Part shown: in pieces, positions 1 through 10,145 of the stretch
Numbering within the stretch: position 1 is the stretch's first letter
Layout of the letters: each line of letters begins with the position of its first letter
Assembly: GCA_963812135.1 (NCBI GenBank)
Contig: CAWETU010000001.1
Span: forward strand, 224,001 to 288,000
Source: Vulcanimicrobiota bacterium
Lineage (GTDB): Bacteria; Vulcanimicrobiota; Vulcanimicrobiia; Eremiobacterales; Eremiobacteraceae
DNA length: 64,000 nucleotides
Direction of reading: 5' to 3'
Notes under the pieces: generated by a model
Seen by the model: the letters and a program-made list of their open reading frames with translations, nothing else
What the model was told of the DNA's origin: nothing
Databases searched by the model: none
Position numbers and translations under genes: made by a program

Positions 1-395
1 GTCACGTCGGGCGCGAGATTGCGCGCCGCGAACATCGTGATCTGCATGAGCGTCTCGACCGGCAGCTTGCGGCCGTAACCTTGATACGCGAGCGTGGCGT
101 CCCAGAAGCGGTCGCACACCACGATGCGGCCTTCCTCGAGCGCGGGCTCGATGACCTTATCGACGAGCTCAGCCCGCGATGCCGACAGCAAGAGCGTCTC
201 GGCCTCACGCGACATCTGGCCCAGCGGGTCGATCAGCAGCTCGCGCAGTTTCTCGCCGAGCGTCGTGCCGCCAGGCTCCCGGGTGAAGATGAACGGGATC
301 GTGGTCTGCGCGAGATAGTCGTGCAGCAGCTGGACCTGCGTCGTCTTGCCTGCGCCCTCGATACCCTCGAAGGTGACGAACAGCCCTCGAGCTAT
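1..395 (-). CDS. tmk: Thymidylate kinase (runs off the left edge; inferred ATA start)
   Basis: Not in the ORF track. Manual translation gives (I)[19 protein letters not shown]...TREPGGT...[16 protein letters not shown] (P-loop, REP and DR motifs). The putative start ATA (395-393) overlaps the upstream TAG. Confidence 0.93.
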   Translation of the reverse strand, partial: MARGLFVTFEGIEGAGKTTQVQLLHDYLAQTTIPFIFTREPGGTTLGEKLRELLIDPLGQMSREAETLLLSASRAELVDKVIEPALEEGRIVVCDRFWDATLAYQGYGRKLPVETLMQITMFAARNLAPDV

Positions 396-2014
396 TGAAG
401 CGCTTCCTTGAAGAGGCGCACGCGCCGGTTCGGTTCGGCGCCCGTCGAGCGCGACTGCAGGTTGTATTTCTCCGCCATCTGGTGCTGCAGCCGGCGGATG
501 TACGAGGATTGCGGCGAGAGCTCGACCGGCTTGCTGTGCAGCATGACCTGGTAGACGGCCTCTTCCGCCTCGCGTAGCGCGAGCTCTTCGTCATCCATGG
601 TCGGCAGATCGAAAAGATCGCGCATGCACGACTGGATCTGTGAGGTGGTGTTGGTCTTAAGCGCGTAGATCGGCACGTTCTGCGCCGCCATAGCCTTGAG
701 TTTGCCGTGGTCGCGGCGCTCGAGCGCCTTGAGGGTGAGCACGACGTCGGCATCATCCCAGTGCCGCACTACTTGGGCTGGCACCCGCAGGTTGGAGACG
801 GCGCGCTCGATCTTCGAGCGGCTCACGCCATAGGGGAACACGCGGACCGTCTCGTTCGCGCTGTCCTCCTCTTCCGGCTCGACCTCGAAGGGCGCGCTCA
901 ACGCGCGCGCGATCGGCGACCGCGCAACACCGCTCCGGTGGTGCCCATTTCCGTTGCCGCCGTCGTAGCGCGTCTGGACAGTCTGCGCTTCGGCCTGCTG
1001 CACAACTTCGACGCCACCGCGCTCGTTGCGGACGCGGATCTCCGGCTTGGGCTCGTGACCGCGCAGCATGGCATCGACGACGTCGTCGATCGGCGCGTGG
1101 ATGGCCAGCCGGTTGCGGTCTTGGATCTCGATGACGACGTCGAAGGTGGGCGGCGCTTTGCGCTCGAGCACGGTCTTGCGCGTGCCGCGGCGCTTGGCTT
1201 CTTCGTCCGACAGCGTGACCGCGCCGATGCCGCCGATCAGGTCGGACAATGTCGGATTGACCATGAGGTTGTCGAGATCGATGCCGTGCGCGGTGCCGAT
1301 GAGCTGCACGCCGCGCTCGGCGATCGTACGCGCCGCCAGCGCCTCGGCTTCAGTGCCGATCTCGTCGATCACGATCACTTCGGGCATGTGGTTCTCGACC
1401 GCTTCGATCATCACGGCGTGCTGGTTCGAAGGCGTGTCGACTTGCATGCGGCGCGCGTGGCCTATGCCGGCGTGCGGCACATCGCCATCGCCCGCGATCT
1501 CGTTGCTCGTGTCCACTATGACGACGCGTTTGCGCAGATCGCCGGAGGACAGCACGCGCGCCACTTCGCGCAGCATCGTCGTCTTGCCGACGCCCGGCTT
1601 GCCGAGCAGTAAAATGGATTTGCCCGCGCGCACGACGTCGAGGATGATGTCTATCGTGCCATAGACGGCGCGCCCGACGCGGCTCGTCAGACCGACGATC
1701 TTGCCGGAGCGGTTGCGCAAGCACGAGATGCGGTGCAGCGTCTGCTCGATGCCCGCGCGGTTGTCTTTGCCGAACGCCCCGATGCGCCCGACCACGTAGG
1801 CGATGTCGTCCGCATCGACCGGCACCTGCGAGAGGTAGCAGAAGTCATGCGGAAAACGGGCCTCCGGCAGGCGGCCGAGGTCGAGAATCACTTCGATGAG
1901 GTCGTGGAGATTCGAGAGCCGCGTGAGCGCCTGGCGGATAGCCGGCGGAAAGATGTCGAGGAGCGCGTAGAGTTCCCAGTCGCCGCTTTCGTTCGCGGCA
2001 AGGTCCTCTTTCAA
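392..2014 (-). CDS. SpoIIIAA/Ycf45-like AAA ATPase with C-terminal R3H domain
   Basis: Walker [32 protein letters not shown]-terminal RRLQH (R3H). TTG start with GAGGTG SD. Confidence 0.85.
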   Translation of the reverse strand: MKEDLAANESGDWELYALLDIFPPAIRQALTRLSNLHDLIEVILDLGRLPEARFPHDFCYLSQVPVDADDIAYVVGRIGAFGKDNRAGIEQTLHRISCLRNRSGKIVGLTSRVGRAVYGTIDIILDVVRAGKSILLLGKPGVGKTTMLREVARVLSSGDLRKRVVIVDTSNEIAGDGDVPHAGIGHARRMQVDTPSNQHAVMIEAVENHMPEVIVIDEIGTEAEALAARTIAERGVQLIGTAHGIDLDNLMVNPTLSDLIGGIGAVTLSDEEAKRRGTRKTVLERKAPPTFDVVIEIQDRNRLAIHAPIDDVVDAMLRGHEPKPEIRVRNERGGVEVVQQAEAQTVQTRYDGGNGNGHHRSGVARSPIARALSAPFEVEPEEEDSANETVRVFPYGVSRSKIERAVSNLRVPAQVVRHWDDADVVLTLKALERRDHGKLKAMAAQNVPIYALKTNTTSQIQSCMRDLFDLPTMDDEELALREAEEAVYQVMLHSKPVELSPQSSYIRRLQHQMAEKYNLQSRSTGAEPNRRVRLFKEALQ

Positions 2015-2034
2015 GTAATCGTCACCTCTCGGTG

Positions 2035-3531
2035 TTATTTCTCTGGAAGCACGCGGATGGTGCGCAGCTTATCGTCCACCGGGCCTTGGATGTGGACGCC
2101 GGCTTTGAGCTCCAGCCGCAGATAATCGATGATCTCTTTCGTCAGTCGCTCCCCCGGACACACGATGGGGATGCCGGGCGGATATGGCGTCACCACCTCT
2201 GCGCAGACGCGCCCTGCACTGCTTCTGAACGGTACTTCGACGTGATCGCTCAGGAAGGCCTCCCTAGGCGTCACGACGAGTTCGGGAATCGGGGGTAAAC
2301 GGTATGATTTTTTCTTAATGCGCTCGTCGAGAACGCCCGTCGGGGAGTAGATGTCGATCTGGCGGTCCTCGCGCGCCAGTTCGGCGACGGCATAGACGAG
2401 CCGGTCGATGTGGTCTTGCGTGCTTCCGATGCTGACCAGCGCGACGACATTGAACAGATCCGCCAGCTCGACTTGGACGTTGTAGCGGTTGCGCAGTATC
2501 TGGTCCGCCTCGTAGCCGGTGTAGCCGAGACCTTTGACCGTGATGACGATGCGCGTTTCATCGTAGCCCGCTACCCCGGGCCGGCCGATCTGGTCGGTCC
2601 CCATGCAGTAGACGCCGCGCACCGCGTTGAGCCGCTGGCGTGCGTCGCGAGAAAGCGCCAGCGTGCGGCCGAGCAGCGCTTCTCCCTGCGTCGCCATCTG
2701 CATGCGCGCGACGTCGAGCGACGCCAGCAGCACCTGGTTCGGGCTCGTGCTCTGGAAGATTCGCAGGGTGCTGCGCAGCCGTCCGACGTCGATGCGCGAA
2801 CCACGGGTATGGATCATCGAGGCCTGGCTCATGGCGGACAGCAGCTTGTGGGTCGAGTTGACGCAGACATCGGCGCCGATCGACGTGGCCGAAGGCGGCA
2901 GCTCGGGATGGAAATGCAGGTGCGGTCCCCACGCCTCATCGACCAGGAAGAGTTTGTCCTTGGAATGGGCGAGCTGCTCGATCGCCTGCAAGTCGGCGGT
3001 CGCGCCATAGTACGTGGGGCTCGTGATGAACACGGCCTTGACCTCGGGATGTTCCGCGAGCGTCCGCTCGACGGTCTGCGGCGTCACGCAGTGGTCGACG
3101 TGCAGCGCCTGATCGACTTCCGGCTGCATATAGACGGGACGCGCCGCGCTCATGATGAGCGCGCTGACGGCCGACTTGTGGCTGTTGCGCGGGAGCGCGA
3201 CCGCGTCTCCTGGACGCAACGCGGTCATCAGCATCGCCTGATTGCCGGCCGTGGAGCCGTTGATGAGGAAGTGCGTCGTGTCGGCGCCCCATGCGTGGGC
3301 GGCGAGCTTGTGCGCGTCGAGCAGCGGACCGGACGGCATGTTGAGGTCGTCGAGATTGCCGACCTGCGTCAAGTCGATCGCCGTGACGTTGTCGCCGATG
3401 AAGTCGCGCAGGCGCTTGTGCATGCCGATGCCCTGCTTGTGGCCAGGCGTGTGGAACGGGATCGTGCCGGAGGTGACGTAGTCCATGAGCACGTCGAAAT
3501 AGGGCGTACGGCGCTGATCGAGTCGGGGCAC
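2035..3531 (-). CDS. PLP-dependent Arg/Lys/Orn decarboxylase (YaaO/SpeA-like)
   Basis: [19 protein letters not shown] (PLP lysine), PYPPGIP. GTG start at 3531 after AAGGAG. Confidence 0.9.
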   Translation of the reverse strand: MPRLDQRRTPYFDVLMDYVTSGTIPFHTPGHKQGIGMHKRLRDFIGDNVTAIDLTQVGNLDDLNMPSGPLLDAHKLAAHAWGADTTHFLINGSTAGNQAMLMTALRPGDAVALPRNSHKSAVSALIMSAARPVYMQPEVDQALHVDHCVTPQTVERTLAEHPEVKAVFITSPTYYGATADLQAIEQLAHSKDKLFLVDEAWGPHLHFHPELPPSATSIGADVCVNSTHKLLSAMSQASMIHTRGSRIDVGRLRSTLRIFQSTSPNQVLLASLDVARMQMATQGEALLGRTLALSRDARQRLNAVRGVYCMGTDQIGRPGVAGYDETRIVITVKGLGYTGYEADQILRNRYNVQVELADLFNVVALVSIGSTQDHIDRLVYAVAELAREDRQIDIYSPTGVLDERIKKKSYRLPPIPELVVTPREAFLSDHVEVPFRSSAGRVCAEVVTPYPPGIPIVCPGERLTKEIIDYLRLELKAGVHIQGPVDDKLRTIRVLPEK

Positions 3532-3556
3532 GAGGTTCGGCTCCTTTAAATGATGT

Positions 3557-3581
3557 GTAGAGCCCGAGCGAATGCTCGGGT
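3557..3581 (+). repeat. GTAG-type REP-like palindrome
   Basis: GTAG followed by hairpin gcccgagc-gaat-gctcgggt. Related units at 54980-55026. Confidence 0.5.
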
Positions 3582-3780
3582 GTTCCTGCAAGCGGACGCT
3601 CGCAGGCGCGCGAGGAGCCTAAATTACCAGAATTCCCAGAACTGCCGGCAGACGGGGAGCAGCCGGTGAAGTTGATCGAGACGGGCGACGTGCCGATCCA
3701 TGAAGGTACGTTTTTCGGGATTGTGGCTCCGCGCCCTTTCATCACAGTTTGAACACTCGGCGGCACGGAGCGTCGATCTG

Positions 3781-3810
3781 TGTTACACTACGAGGACAAC
3801 GATATATCGT
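3781..3810 (+). promoter_or_regulatory. Putative extended -10 (TGtTACACT) followed by a 12-bp palindromic operator-like site ACGATATATCGT
   Basis: TGTTACACT at 3781-3789; perfect palindrome at 3799-3810. Confidence 0.45.
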
Positions 3811-3819
3811 CAATCTTAC

Positions 3820-3853
3820 GGAGCGGCCGCAATCGCGGCCGCTCCTCATTTTC
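3820..3853 (+). terminator. GC-rich hairpin with pyrimidine tail (terminator/attenuator-like)
   Basis: GGAGCGGCCGC-aatc-GCGGCCGCTCC (11-bp perfect stem), then TCATTTTC. Confidence 0.5.
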
Positions 3854-3864
3854 TAGGAGGCCCC

Positions 3865-4035
3865 GTGCCAACCACCATGCTCACGCCCGAAAACGAATCG
3901 ATCGATCCAGGCGACGAGATCGCCCATGAAATCGCCCAGCACGGGGACCCCGTGTTAGGTTTTGCGCGAGTCATCACGCACGTACACCCGACCGCAAATG
4001 TCTTCCGTGGCTGGGGCCCAAAGGTCTTGGCCTAA
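3865..4035 (+). CDS. Small hypothetical protein (56 aa)
   Basis: AGGAGG at 3855-3860, GTG at 3865: MPTTMLTPENESIDPGDEIAHEIAQHGDPVLGFARVITHVHPTANVFRGWGPKVLA. Confidence 0.55.
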   Translation: MPTTMLTPENESIDPGDEIAHEIAQHGDPVLGFARVITHVHPTANVFRGWGPKVLA

Positions 4036-4058
4036 GCCAGGAGAAGGGCGGCGTCCTG

Positions 4059-5039
4059 ATGAGAGCGCTGCGCATCAGCAAGCCCGGCGGCCCCGAGGTG
4101 CTCGAGGTCGCTGACGTACCGGCGCCGGAACCAAAGCGTGACGAGTTGCTCGTCCGCGTGCGGGCCGCCGGCGTCAATCGCGCGGACACGATGCAGCGGC
4201 GCGGCCACTATCCCCCACCGCCTGGATTCCCCGAAGATATCCCCGGACTCGAATTCGCGGGCGAGGTTGCAGCGACCGGCTCGGACGTCCGGCACCATCG
4301 CGTCGGACAGCGTGTATTCGGCTTGACAGGTGGCGGCGCGCAAGCCGAGTACTTGGTCGTTCCCGAGACGCTCGCGCTTCCCACGCCCGAGGGGCTTTCC
4401 GACATCGAAGCGGGTGCGATCCCGGAAGCCTACATCACCGCACACGATGCGCTCTTGACGCAAGGATCGCTGGCGCCGGGTGAGACGGTGCTCATCCATG
4501 CCATCGGTTCCGGAGTTGGGCTTGCGGCGCTGCAGATCGCGCATGCTATGGGCTGCAAGGTGTTGGGGACGTCGCGCAGTCCCGCAAAGTTGGCGGACGC
4601 GGTCGCGCTCGGATTAGATGTGCCAATCGACGTCGCTACAGAGCTGTTCGACGACGCGGTGATGCGCGCGACGCACGGCCGCGGCGTGGACGTCATCATC
4701 GATTTCATCGGCGCCGATTATTTCGAGCGGAATCTCAACTCGCTGGCGACCAAAGGCCGTCTGATCTTCGTCTCAACGCTCAGCGGGACCGAGGTCGCCC
4801 TGTCTATCCGGGTTTTGATGGCGAAACGGCTCCGGCTCGCGGGAACGATGCTGCGCCACCGCTCGCTCGATGAGAAGGTCGCGGCGACGCGCGCGTTTGC
4901 CCACCAGGTGTTGCCGTTGCTGGCGAATGGCGCGATCAAGGTGCCGATCGACCACGTCTATCCGGTGGCCGACGCGGCCGCCGCCCACCGGCGCATGGAA
5001 GCGAACGAGAACTTCGGAAAACTGGTGCTCGAGATCTGA
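4059..5039 (+). CDS. NAD(P)H:quinone oxidoreductase (zeta-crystallin/PIG3-like MDR family)
   Basis: GVNRAD..QRRG.YPPP, IPGLE, HAIGSGVG, C-terminal FGKLVL. Confidence 0.9.
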   Translation: MRALRISKPGGPEVLEVADVPAPEPKRDELLVRVRAAGVNRADTMQRRGHYPPPPGFPEDIPGLEFAGEVAATGSDVRHHRVGQRVFGLTGGGAQAEYLVVPETLALPTPEGLSDIEAGAIPEAYITAHDALLTQGSLAPGETVLIHAIGSGVGLAALQIAHAMGCKVLGTSRSPAKLADAVALGLDVPIDVATELFDDAVMRATHGRGVDVIIDFIGADYFERNLNSLATKGRLIFVSTLSGTEVALSIRVLMAKRLRLAGTMLRHRSLDEKVAATRAFAHQVLPLLANGAIKVPIDHVYPVADAAAAHRRMEANENFGKLVLEI

Positions 5040-5045
5040 CGCGAG

Positions 5046-5735
5046 CTACGCGGTCGCGGGCCTCCACGCGTCGCCTTTTCGGACCGTGCCGCCGTTGACG
5101 ACTGAGCAATAGACGCCGAAGATGCCGTCGTGCTTCTCGACGATGAAGCGCAAGAACGCGGGGTCGATCTCCAACGTTTCCGGGTCGATCGTCGGTATCG
5201 CGCAACGCAGGTTCGGTTTGGCCGCTTCGAGTTCGACGTCTCCCACCGTAAAGCGCTTGCCGATCCATTCAAGCTCGGCATACGGTTTTGCATCCGGTCC
5301 GTCGAGCACGATGTTCGGCCGAAAACGCTTGTAACTCCGAAGCGATCCGTACTCTTGCGACAACGCGCGCGCCGATGCCAGGTTGATCACCAACACGTCT
5401 GAGTCGTCGTGGTTGTCGCCGGTCGTGTCTTCGTGCAACGCCATCGGCCGCCCAACTAGTGCCTGCAACGACTTCTCGAAATCCGGCGCGTCCGAGCGCA
5501 GCCGCGTGCCGTCAGGGGCGGCCACTGTGACCGCGCCGCCTTCGATGGATGCGGCGAAGCCGAGCAAATCTGGAACGTCGCGCGCTGTCAGGCGCTTGCC
5601 TGCGCGCAGCTCGCTCTGATCGACGAGCATGAAGCGGCGATCGCCTTCAGGTCCGCCTGTGTTGAAACGCAACGCGCCGAGCCGCTCGCCTTTGAACGAC
5701 TTCACCGGATAGCGCCACAGTTCGGCGACGTTCAG
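5046..5735 (-). CDS. MOSC-domain protein (inferred CTG start)
   Basis: LWRYPVKS N-terminal motif, GDRRF, RFRPNIV, RC motif, FGVY. The ORF-track start (5705) cuts the N-terminal motif. Confidence 0.85.
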   Translation of the reverse strand: MNVAELWRYPVKSFKGERLGALRFNTGGPEGDRRFMLVDQSELRAGKRLTARDVPDLLGFAASIEGGAVTVAAPDGTRLRSDAPDFEKSLQALVGRPMALHEDTTGDNHDDSDVLVINLASARALSQEYGSLRSYKRFRPNIVLDGPDAKPYAELEWIGKRFTVGDVELEAAKPNLRCAIPTIDPETLEIDPAFLRFIVEKHDGIFGVYCSVVNGGTVRKGDAWRPATA

Positions 5736-6262
5736 GATTCGATCCGCTCTTCGATCGACACGTCGTACAGGAACAGGAACTTATACCACTCGCCCGGCAC
5801 GGTGTGACGCTTGACCTGGATCCACGGGATGTACTTCGGCCGGCGCGGCTTGCGCAGCAGATGCAGGTTCGCGTCTTGCGGCGTGCGGTTGTTCTTGCGG
5901 TTGTTGCACGTCAGACACGCGCAGACGAGATTCTCCCACGTCGACGGACCGCCCGCGCTCTTGGGCACGATGTGGTCGACCGTCATGGGACCGTTCGACT
6001 TGTGGCCGCAATACTGACAGCGATAGTCGTCGCGCAGCAGCACGTTCTTCTTCGTGAGCGCGACCTGTTGGCGCGGCCGGCGGATGTAGTACAGCATGCG
6101 GATGATCGAGGGCATGCGCATCTGGAACGTCGCCGCGCGCAGTAGCCGCTCGTGCTGGTGGAGCACCTCGGCCTTGCCGGCGAAGACGAGCTTGACCGCG
6201 CGCTGCAGCGACGTGACGTTGAGCGCTTCGTAGGTTGCGTTGAGGACCAGCACGTCTGTCAC
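5732..6262 (-). CDS. HNH endonuclease (McrA-like, stand-alone)
   Basis: VLVLNATYE, RD.Y.CQYCG, TVDHIVPKS.GG, WENLVCAC..CN..K. Confidence 0.9.
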   Translation of the reverse strand: MTDVLVLNATYEALNVTSLQRAVKLVFAGKAEVLHQHERLLRAATFQMRMPSIIRMLYYIRRPRQQVALTKKNVLLRDDYRCQYCGHKSNGPMTVDHIVPKSAGGPSTWENLVCACLTCNNRKNNRTPQDANLHLLRKPRRPKYIPWIQVKRHTVPGEWYKFLFLYDVSIEERIES

Positions 6263-6337
6263 GACGCCTGCTCCCTACCTGCGGCTCGCATGGTACTACT
6301 GTCTTGGGCGCTTGGGGGGAGGTCGCCCTGCTAACCC

Positions 6338-6940
6338 TTATCGGGCGGCCTTCGGCGCGGCCCGCTCGACGAGCTCTATGAACAGCTTGTGGATGCGCGG
6401 ATCATCGGTCAATTCCGGGTGGAACGAGGTGCCGAGCAAGTTGCCCTGGCGCACCATGACCCCTTTGCCGTCCAGCGAAGCGATTATCTTCGCATTATCC
6501 CGCGCCGCTTCGATCCACGGCGCACGGATGAACACGCCCGGAAACGGTTTGCCGCCAAGACCGGCGATGGTCAGCGGCACTTCTGCGCTCTCGACTTGGC
6601 GGCCGAACGCATTGCGCTTCACGTCGATGTGCAGCAAGCCGAGCGTCGGCTGCTCGGATCCGATGACCTTTTCAGCCATCACGATCATGCCCATGCACGT
6701 GCCCCACACCGGCATGCCCTTCTTGACGCGCTCGAGGAGCGGCTTGGTCAGTCCGAAGCGGTTGAGCATCGCGCCGACCGTCGTCGACTCGCCGCCGGGG
6801 ATGATGAGCCCGTCGACGCGGGCAAGCTCCTCGCGCGTCTTGACTCGGACGCCCTCGACCTTGCAATGCTCGAGCATCGCGAGGTGTTCTTCGACGTCGC
6901 CTTGCAGGCTGAGCACGCCTATGCGAAGCGTTTGATTCAC
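6338..6940 (-). CDS. pdxT: PLP synthase glutaminase subunit
   Basis: [42 protein letters not shown] start overlaps the pdxS stop (GTGA). Confidence 0.95.
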   Translation of the reverse strand: MNQTLRIGVLSLQGDVEEHLAMLEHCKVEGVRVKTREELARVDGLIIPGGESTTVGAMLNRFGLTKPLLERVKKGMPVWGTCMGMIVMAEKVIGSEQPTLGLLHIDVKRNAFGRQVESAEVPLTIAGLGGKPFPGVFIRAPWIEAARDNAKIIASLDGKGVMVRQGNLLGTSFHPELTDDPRIHKLFIELVERAAPKAAR

Positions 6941-7866
6941 CAACCCCGGCCGGCGAGCAATTGTTCTTTGGGGATCTGGCTGATCTCCAAGCCGGGCATC
7001 GCGGCGCCGAGCTCTTTGCTCACTTCGAGGACGACCTTCGGATCGTCGAAGTAATGCGTCGCCTCGACGATCGCTTTCGCGGTCTTCGCGGGGTTCGAGC
7101 TCTTGAAGATGCCAGAGCCGACGAAGACGCCTTCCGATCCGAGCTGCATGCACAGTGCCGCGTCGGCCGGCGTCGCGATGCCGCCGGCGACAAACGTCAC
7201 CACCGGCAAGCGGCCATGTTCGGCGACTTCGCGCACGAGCTCGACCGGCGCGCCGAGGTCTTTGGCAGCGGCCACGAATTCTTCTTCGGACAACGTGGAG
7301 AGCCGGCGGATCTCGCTGGTCACGTCGCGCAGGTGGCGTATCGCTTCGACGATATTGCCGGAACCGGCTTCGCCCTTGGTGCGGATCATCGCCGCGCCTT
7401 CGGTGATCCGGCGGAGCGCTTCGCCCAGATTGCGCGCGCCGCATACGAACGGCACGGTGAACGGACGTTTGTCGATGTGGTAGTGCTCGTCGGCGGGCGT
7501 GAGCACTTCGCTCTCGTCGATGAAGTCGACGCCGAGCGCCTCAAGCACTTGCGCCTCGACGAAGTGGCCGATGCGCGCCTTGGCCATGACGGGGATCGTG
7601 ACTGCATCCATGATGCGCTGGATGACCTCGATCGCGGCCATGCGCGCCACGCCGCCTTCTTTGCGGATGTCGGCGGGCACGCGTTCCAATGCCATCACGG
7701 CGACCGCGCCGGCCTCTTGGGCGATCGTCGCCTGCTCGGGCGTCGTGACGTCCATAATGACGCCGCCTTTGAGCATCTGCGCGAGACCGCGCTTGACTTT
7801 CTCCGTGCCCTTGTGTTTTTGGACCTTCTCTTGTTGCTTGTCAGCTTTTTCCGCTTTGTCAGCCAT
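6937..7866 (-). CDS. pdxS: PLP synthase lyase subunit
   Basis: [46 protein letters not shown] at 7866 after GAAGGA. Confidence 0.97.
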   Translation of the reverse strand: MADKAEKADKQQEKVQKHKGTEKVKRGLAQMLKGGVIMDVTTPEQATIAQEAGAVAVMALERVPADIRKEGGVARMAAIEVIQRIMDAVTIPVMAKARIGHFVEAQVLEALGVDFIDESEVLTPADEHYHIDKRPFTVPFVCGARNLGEALRRITEGAAMIRTKGEAGSGNIVEAIRHLRDVTSEIRRLSTLSEEEFVAAAKDLGAPVELVREVAEHGRLPVVTFVAGGIATPADAALCMQLGSEGVFVGSGIFKSSNPAKTAKAIVEATHYFDDPKVVLEVSKELGAAMPGLEISQIPKEQLLAGRGW

Positions 7867-7973
7867 GATGATTCCTTCGTTGCGCGATGTCGGTCGAATA
7901 AATTCGACCGCTACCATGATTCTATAGCGCCGGGATGGTGCTCCGTAACCCCTCTAGATACAACCAGGACGCC

Positions 7974-7996
7974 AAAAAGGCGGCCGTAGCCGCCTT
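7974..7996 (-). terminator. Intrinsic terminator downstream of the pilT-like gene
   Basis: Minus strand AAGGCGGC-tacg-GCCGCCTT-TTT. Confidence 0.7.
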
Positions 7997-8019
7997 CTTG
8001 ATCCGTCGCGGGACGCGAC

Positions 8020-9150
8020 CTAGAAGGTCGCCGAGCCCTGCAGATCCGCACCGCTCGTGATGTGCCCTTCGATCGCGAGCCGGAATTCTGTCGGTTTGTC
8101 TGCCTTCGAAAATGCTTCTTTTTCCGTGACAAGGCCGCTCTGGTACAGATCGAGCAGCGACTGCGTGAAGGTCTGCATGCCTTCCATGCGCCCGGTCCCC
8201 ATGTACCCGTACATCTCGCTGAACTTGGCCTCCATGATGAGGCTCTTGATCGTCGGCGTGGCGATGAGCACTTCCACGGCGGGCACGCGGCCAGAGCCGT
8301 CGATGCGGCCGAGCAGGCGCTGCGAGATGATGCCGCGCAGCGACGTCGCCAATTGCACCATGAACATCTTGCGGTTCGCTTCCGGCAAAGCGTCCATGAT
8401 ACGCTCGAGCGCTTGGGTCGTGTTCTGGGTGTGCAGCGTCGAGAGCACCAAGTGGCCGGTCTCGGCCGCGGTGAGCGCGGTGATGATCGATTCGGGGTCG
8501 CGCATCTCACCGATGAGGATCACGTCCGGGTCTTGCCGCAGCGCTTGCTTGAGGGCGATCGTGTAGGACTCGGTGTCGATGCCGACCTCGCGCTGCGAAA
8601 TGATCGAAAGCTTGTCGACGTGGATGTATTCGATCGGATCCTCGATGGTCACGATATGACGGCGCTGCGTGGAATTGATGTAATCGATCATCGCGGCAAG
8701 GGTCGTCGATTTGCCCGTGCCGGTCGCGCCGGTGAGCAGGACGATGCCGTCTTGATGCTCGCAAAGATCGCGCAGCGATGCCGGCAGGCGCAGCTCTTCG
8801 AACGACGGGATGTCGAGACGCACGGTACGGTAGGCGGCGCTGATCGTGCCGCGTTGAAAATACGCGTTGACGCGGAAGCGGCCATGTCCGTGCAGGCCGT
8901 ACGCGTAGTCCACCTCTTTGGTCTCGAGAAACTCTTGCTGCTGCGCGCGCGTCATCGAGGAGAAGATCAGGTTCTCGCACTCGGGCAGCGACAGCGGCCG
9001 CTCCGACAGGGGCGTGAGCACGCCGTGCACTCGCGCGATCGGCGGCGCCGCGGCCTTCAGGTGAAGGTCGGAGGCTCCCATCGCCAGCATCTGACGTAGG
9101 AGGCTGTCAAGGTCAAGCGTCGTCGAGGGACGACCGTTGGAACTGTCCAC
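8020..9150 (-). CDS. pilT: PilT/PilU-family retraction ATPase
   Basis: SDLHL, GATGTGKSTT, TIEDPIE, LRQDPDVILIGEMRD, ETGHLVLSTLH, GMQT. The AIRNLIRE motif is degenerate (TIKSLIME). Confidence 0.88.
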   Translation of the reverse strand: MDSSNGRPSTTLDLDSLLRQMLAMGASDLHLKAAAPPIARVHGVLTPLSERPLSLPECENLIFSSMTRAQQQEFLETKEVDYAYGLHGHGRFRVNAYFQRGTISAAYRTVRLDIPSFEELRLPASLRDLCEHQDGIVLLTGATGTGKSTTLAAMIDYINSTQRRHIVTIEDPIEYIHVDKLSIISQREVGIDTESYTIALKQALRQDPDVILIGEMRDPESIITALTAAETGHLVLSTLHTQNTTQALERIMDALPEANRKMFMVQLATSLRGIISQRLLGRIDGSGRVPAVEVLIATPTIKSLIMEAKFSEMYGYMGTGRMEGMQTFTQSLLDLYQSGLVTEKEAFSKADKPTEFRLAIEGHITSGADLQGSATF

Positions 9151-9263
9151 GAATGGGTACTCCCTTTGTCTTCTTATTATATCGGCATTTCAGGCGTTTC
9201 TCCTCGATGGCGCCAGGGGGCGTGGGACAAGGACGGGCTTTTCAGCCGTCCGAAGGCAGCCGT

Positions 9264-10145
9264 ATGACTGCCGGCCCCCCGCTTGTGCTCCCCGCACGGG
9301 CCAAGCTCAACCTGCGGTTAGACGTGCTCGGCATGCAGCCAGGGGGCTTGCACGGCGTCCGGTCGCTCATCGGGGACCTGGTCTTCGGGGACGAGGTCGA
9401 GATCAGCGAAGCCGATGGTCCTTTCCGAGTGCTGACCGAGGGTGCCATCATCCCCGAGCGCGAGAATCTCGCTTGGTTGGCCGCCACGCGCCTCGGCATC
9501 GATTTACAAGGCTTGACCGTCCGCGTCCGCAAGCGCATCCCGATGCAAGCGGGCCTGGGCGGCGGAAGCTCGGACGCCGCAGCGGTGCTGCGCGGACTGC
9601 GCGACATCTTCGCCAAACGCGGCGCGCCGATCCCCGACGAGCGTATCCGCAACGCGGCCAAAGTCGGCTCCGATGTTCCCGCATGTCTCGTGCGCGGCTT
9701 CAAGATCGTCGAAGGCACCGGCGATCACGTGCGCCGCGTGCCGCTGCCCGCACCGCCGTGGGGTCTGGTGCTGCTGCGGCCTCCCGCCGGCGTGCCGACG
9801 GCCGAAGCATATCGGCTCATCGACGCCGGACGCGCGACCGCGCCGTCGACATCGTCCGAGACGGATCTGCTCGAGCTGATCAAGACGATCGAGATGCACG
9901 ATTTTGCGCGCGCGTGTTCGCTGCTCTACAACGACTTCCAGCCCGTGATCGAACTGATCTTTCCAGCCGTCGCTGAGATCCGCCAGCGGCTGCGCGCGGC
10001 CGGGGCGGCGGCGACGCTGCTGTGCGGCAGCGGGTCGTGCGTCGCCGGCTTTTTCGAGTCGCGCGCCGCGGCGGCCGCGGCGCACAAAGCGCTCAAGACG
10101 AAAGAAGGCGAGTGGGCGACGTCCACGTGCTTCGCCGATGCCTGA
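9264..10145 (+). CDS. ispE: 4-diphosphocytidyl-2-C-methyl-D-erythritol kinase
   Basis: AKLNL.L, KRIPMQAGLGGGSSDAA, GSDVP, NDFQ, GSGS. Confidence 0.92.
   Translation: MTAGPPLVLPARAKLNLRLDVLGMQPGGLHGVRSLIGDLVFGDEVEISEADGPFRVLTEGAIIPERENLAWLAATRLGIDLQGLTVRVRKRIPMQAGLGGGSSDAAAVLRGLRDIFAKRGAPIPDERIRNAAKVGSDVPACLVRGFKIVEGTGDHVRRVPLPAPPWGLVLLRPPAGVPTAEAYRLIDAGRATAPSTSSETDLLELIKTIEMHDFARACSLLYNDFQPVIELIFPAVAEIRQRLRAAGAAATLLCGSGSCVAGFFESRAAAAAAHKALKTKEGEWATSTCFADA

Noticed and set aside
3612..3752. Plus-strand stop-free stretch with a protein-like translation (EEPKLPEFPELPADGEQPVKLIETGDVPIHEGTFFGIVAPRPFITV)
   Set aside because: No canonical start until a late GTG that leaves under 30 codons, and no recognisable homology. 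Cannot be supported.
5732..6262. HNH nuclease as a defence or mobile element
   Set aside because: Common stand-alone short HNH type among housekeeping genes, with no methylase, repeats or integrase nearby.
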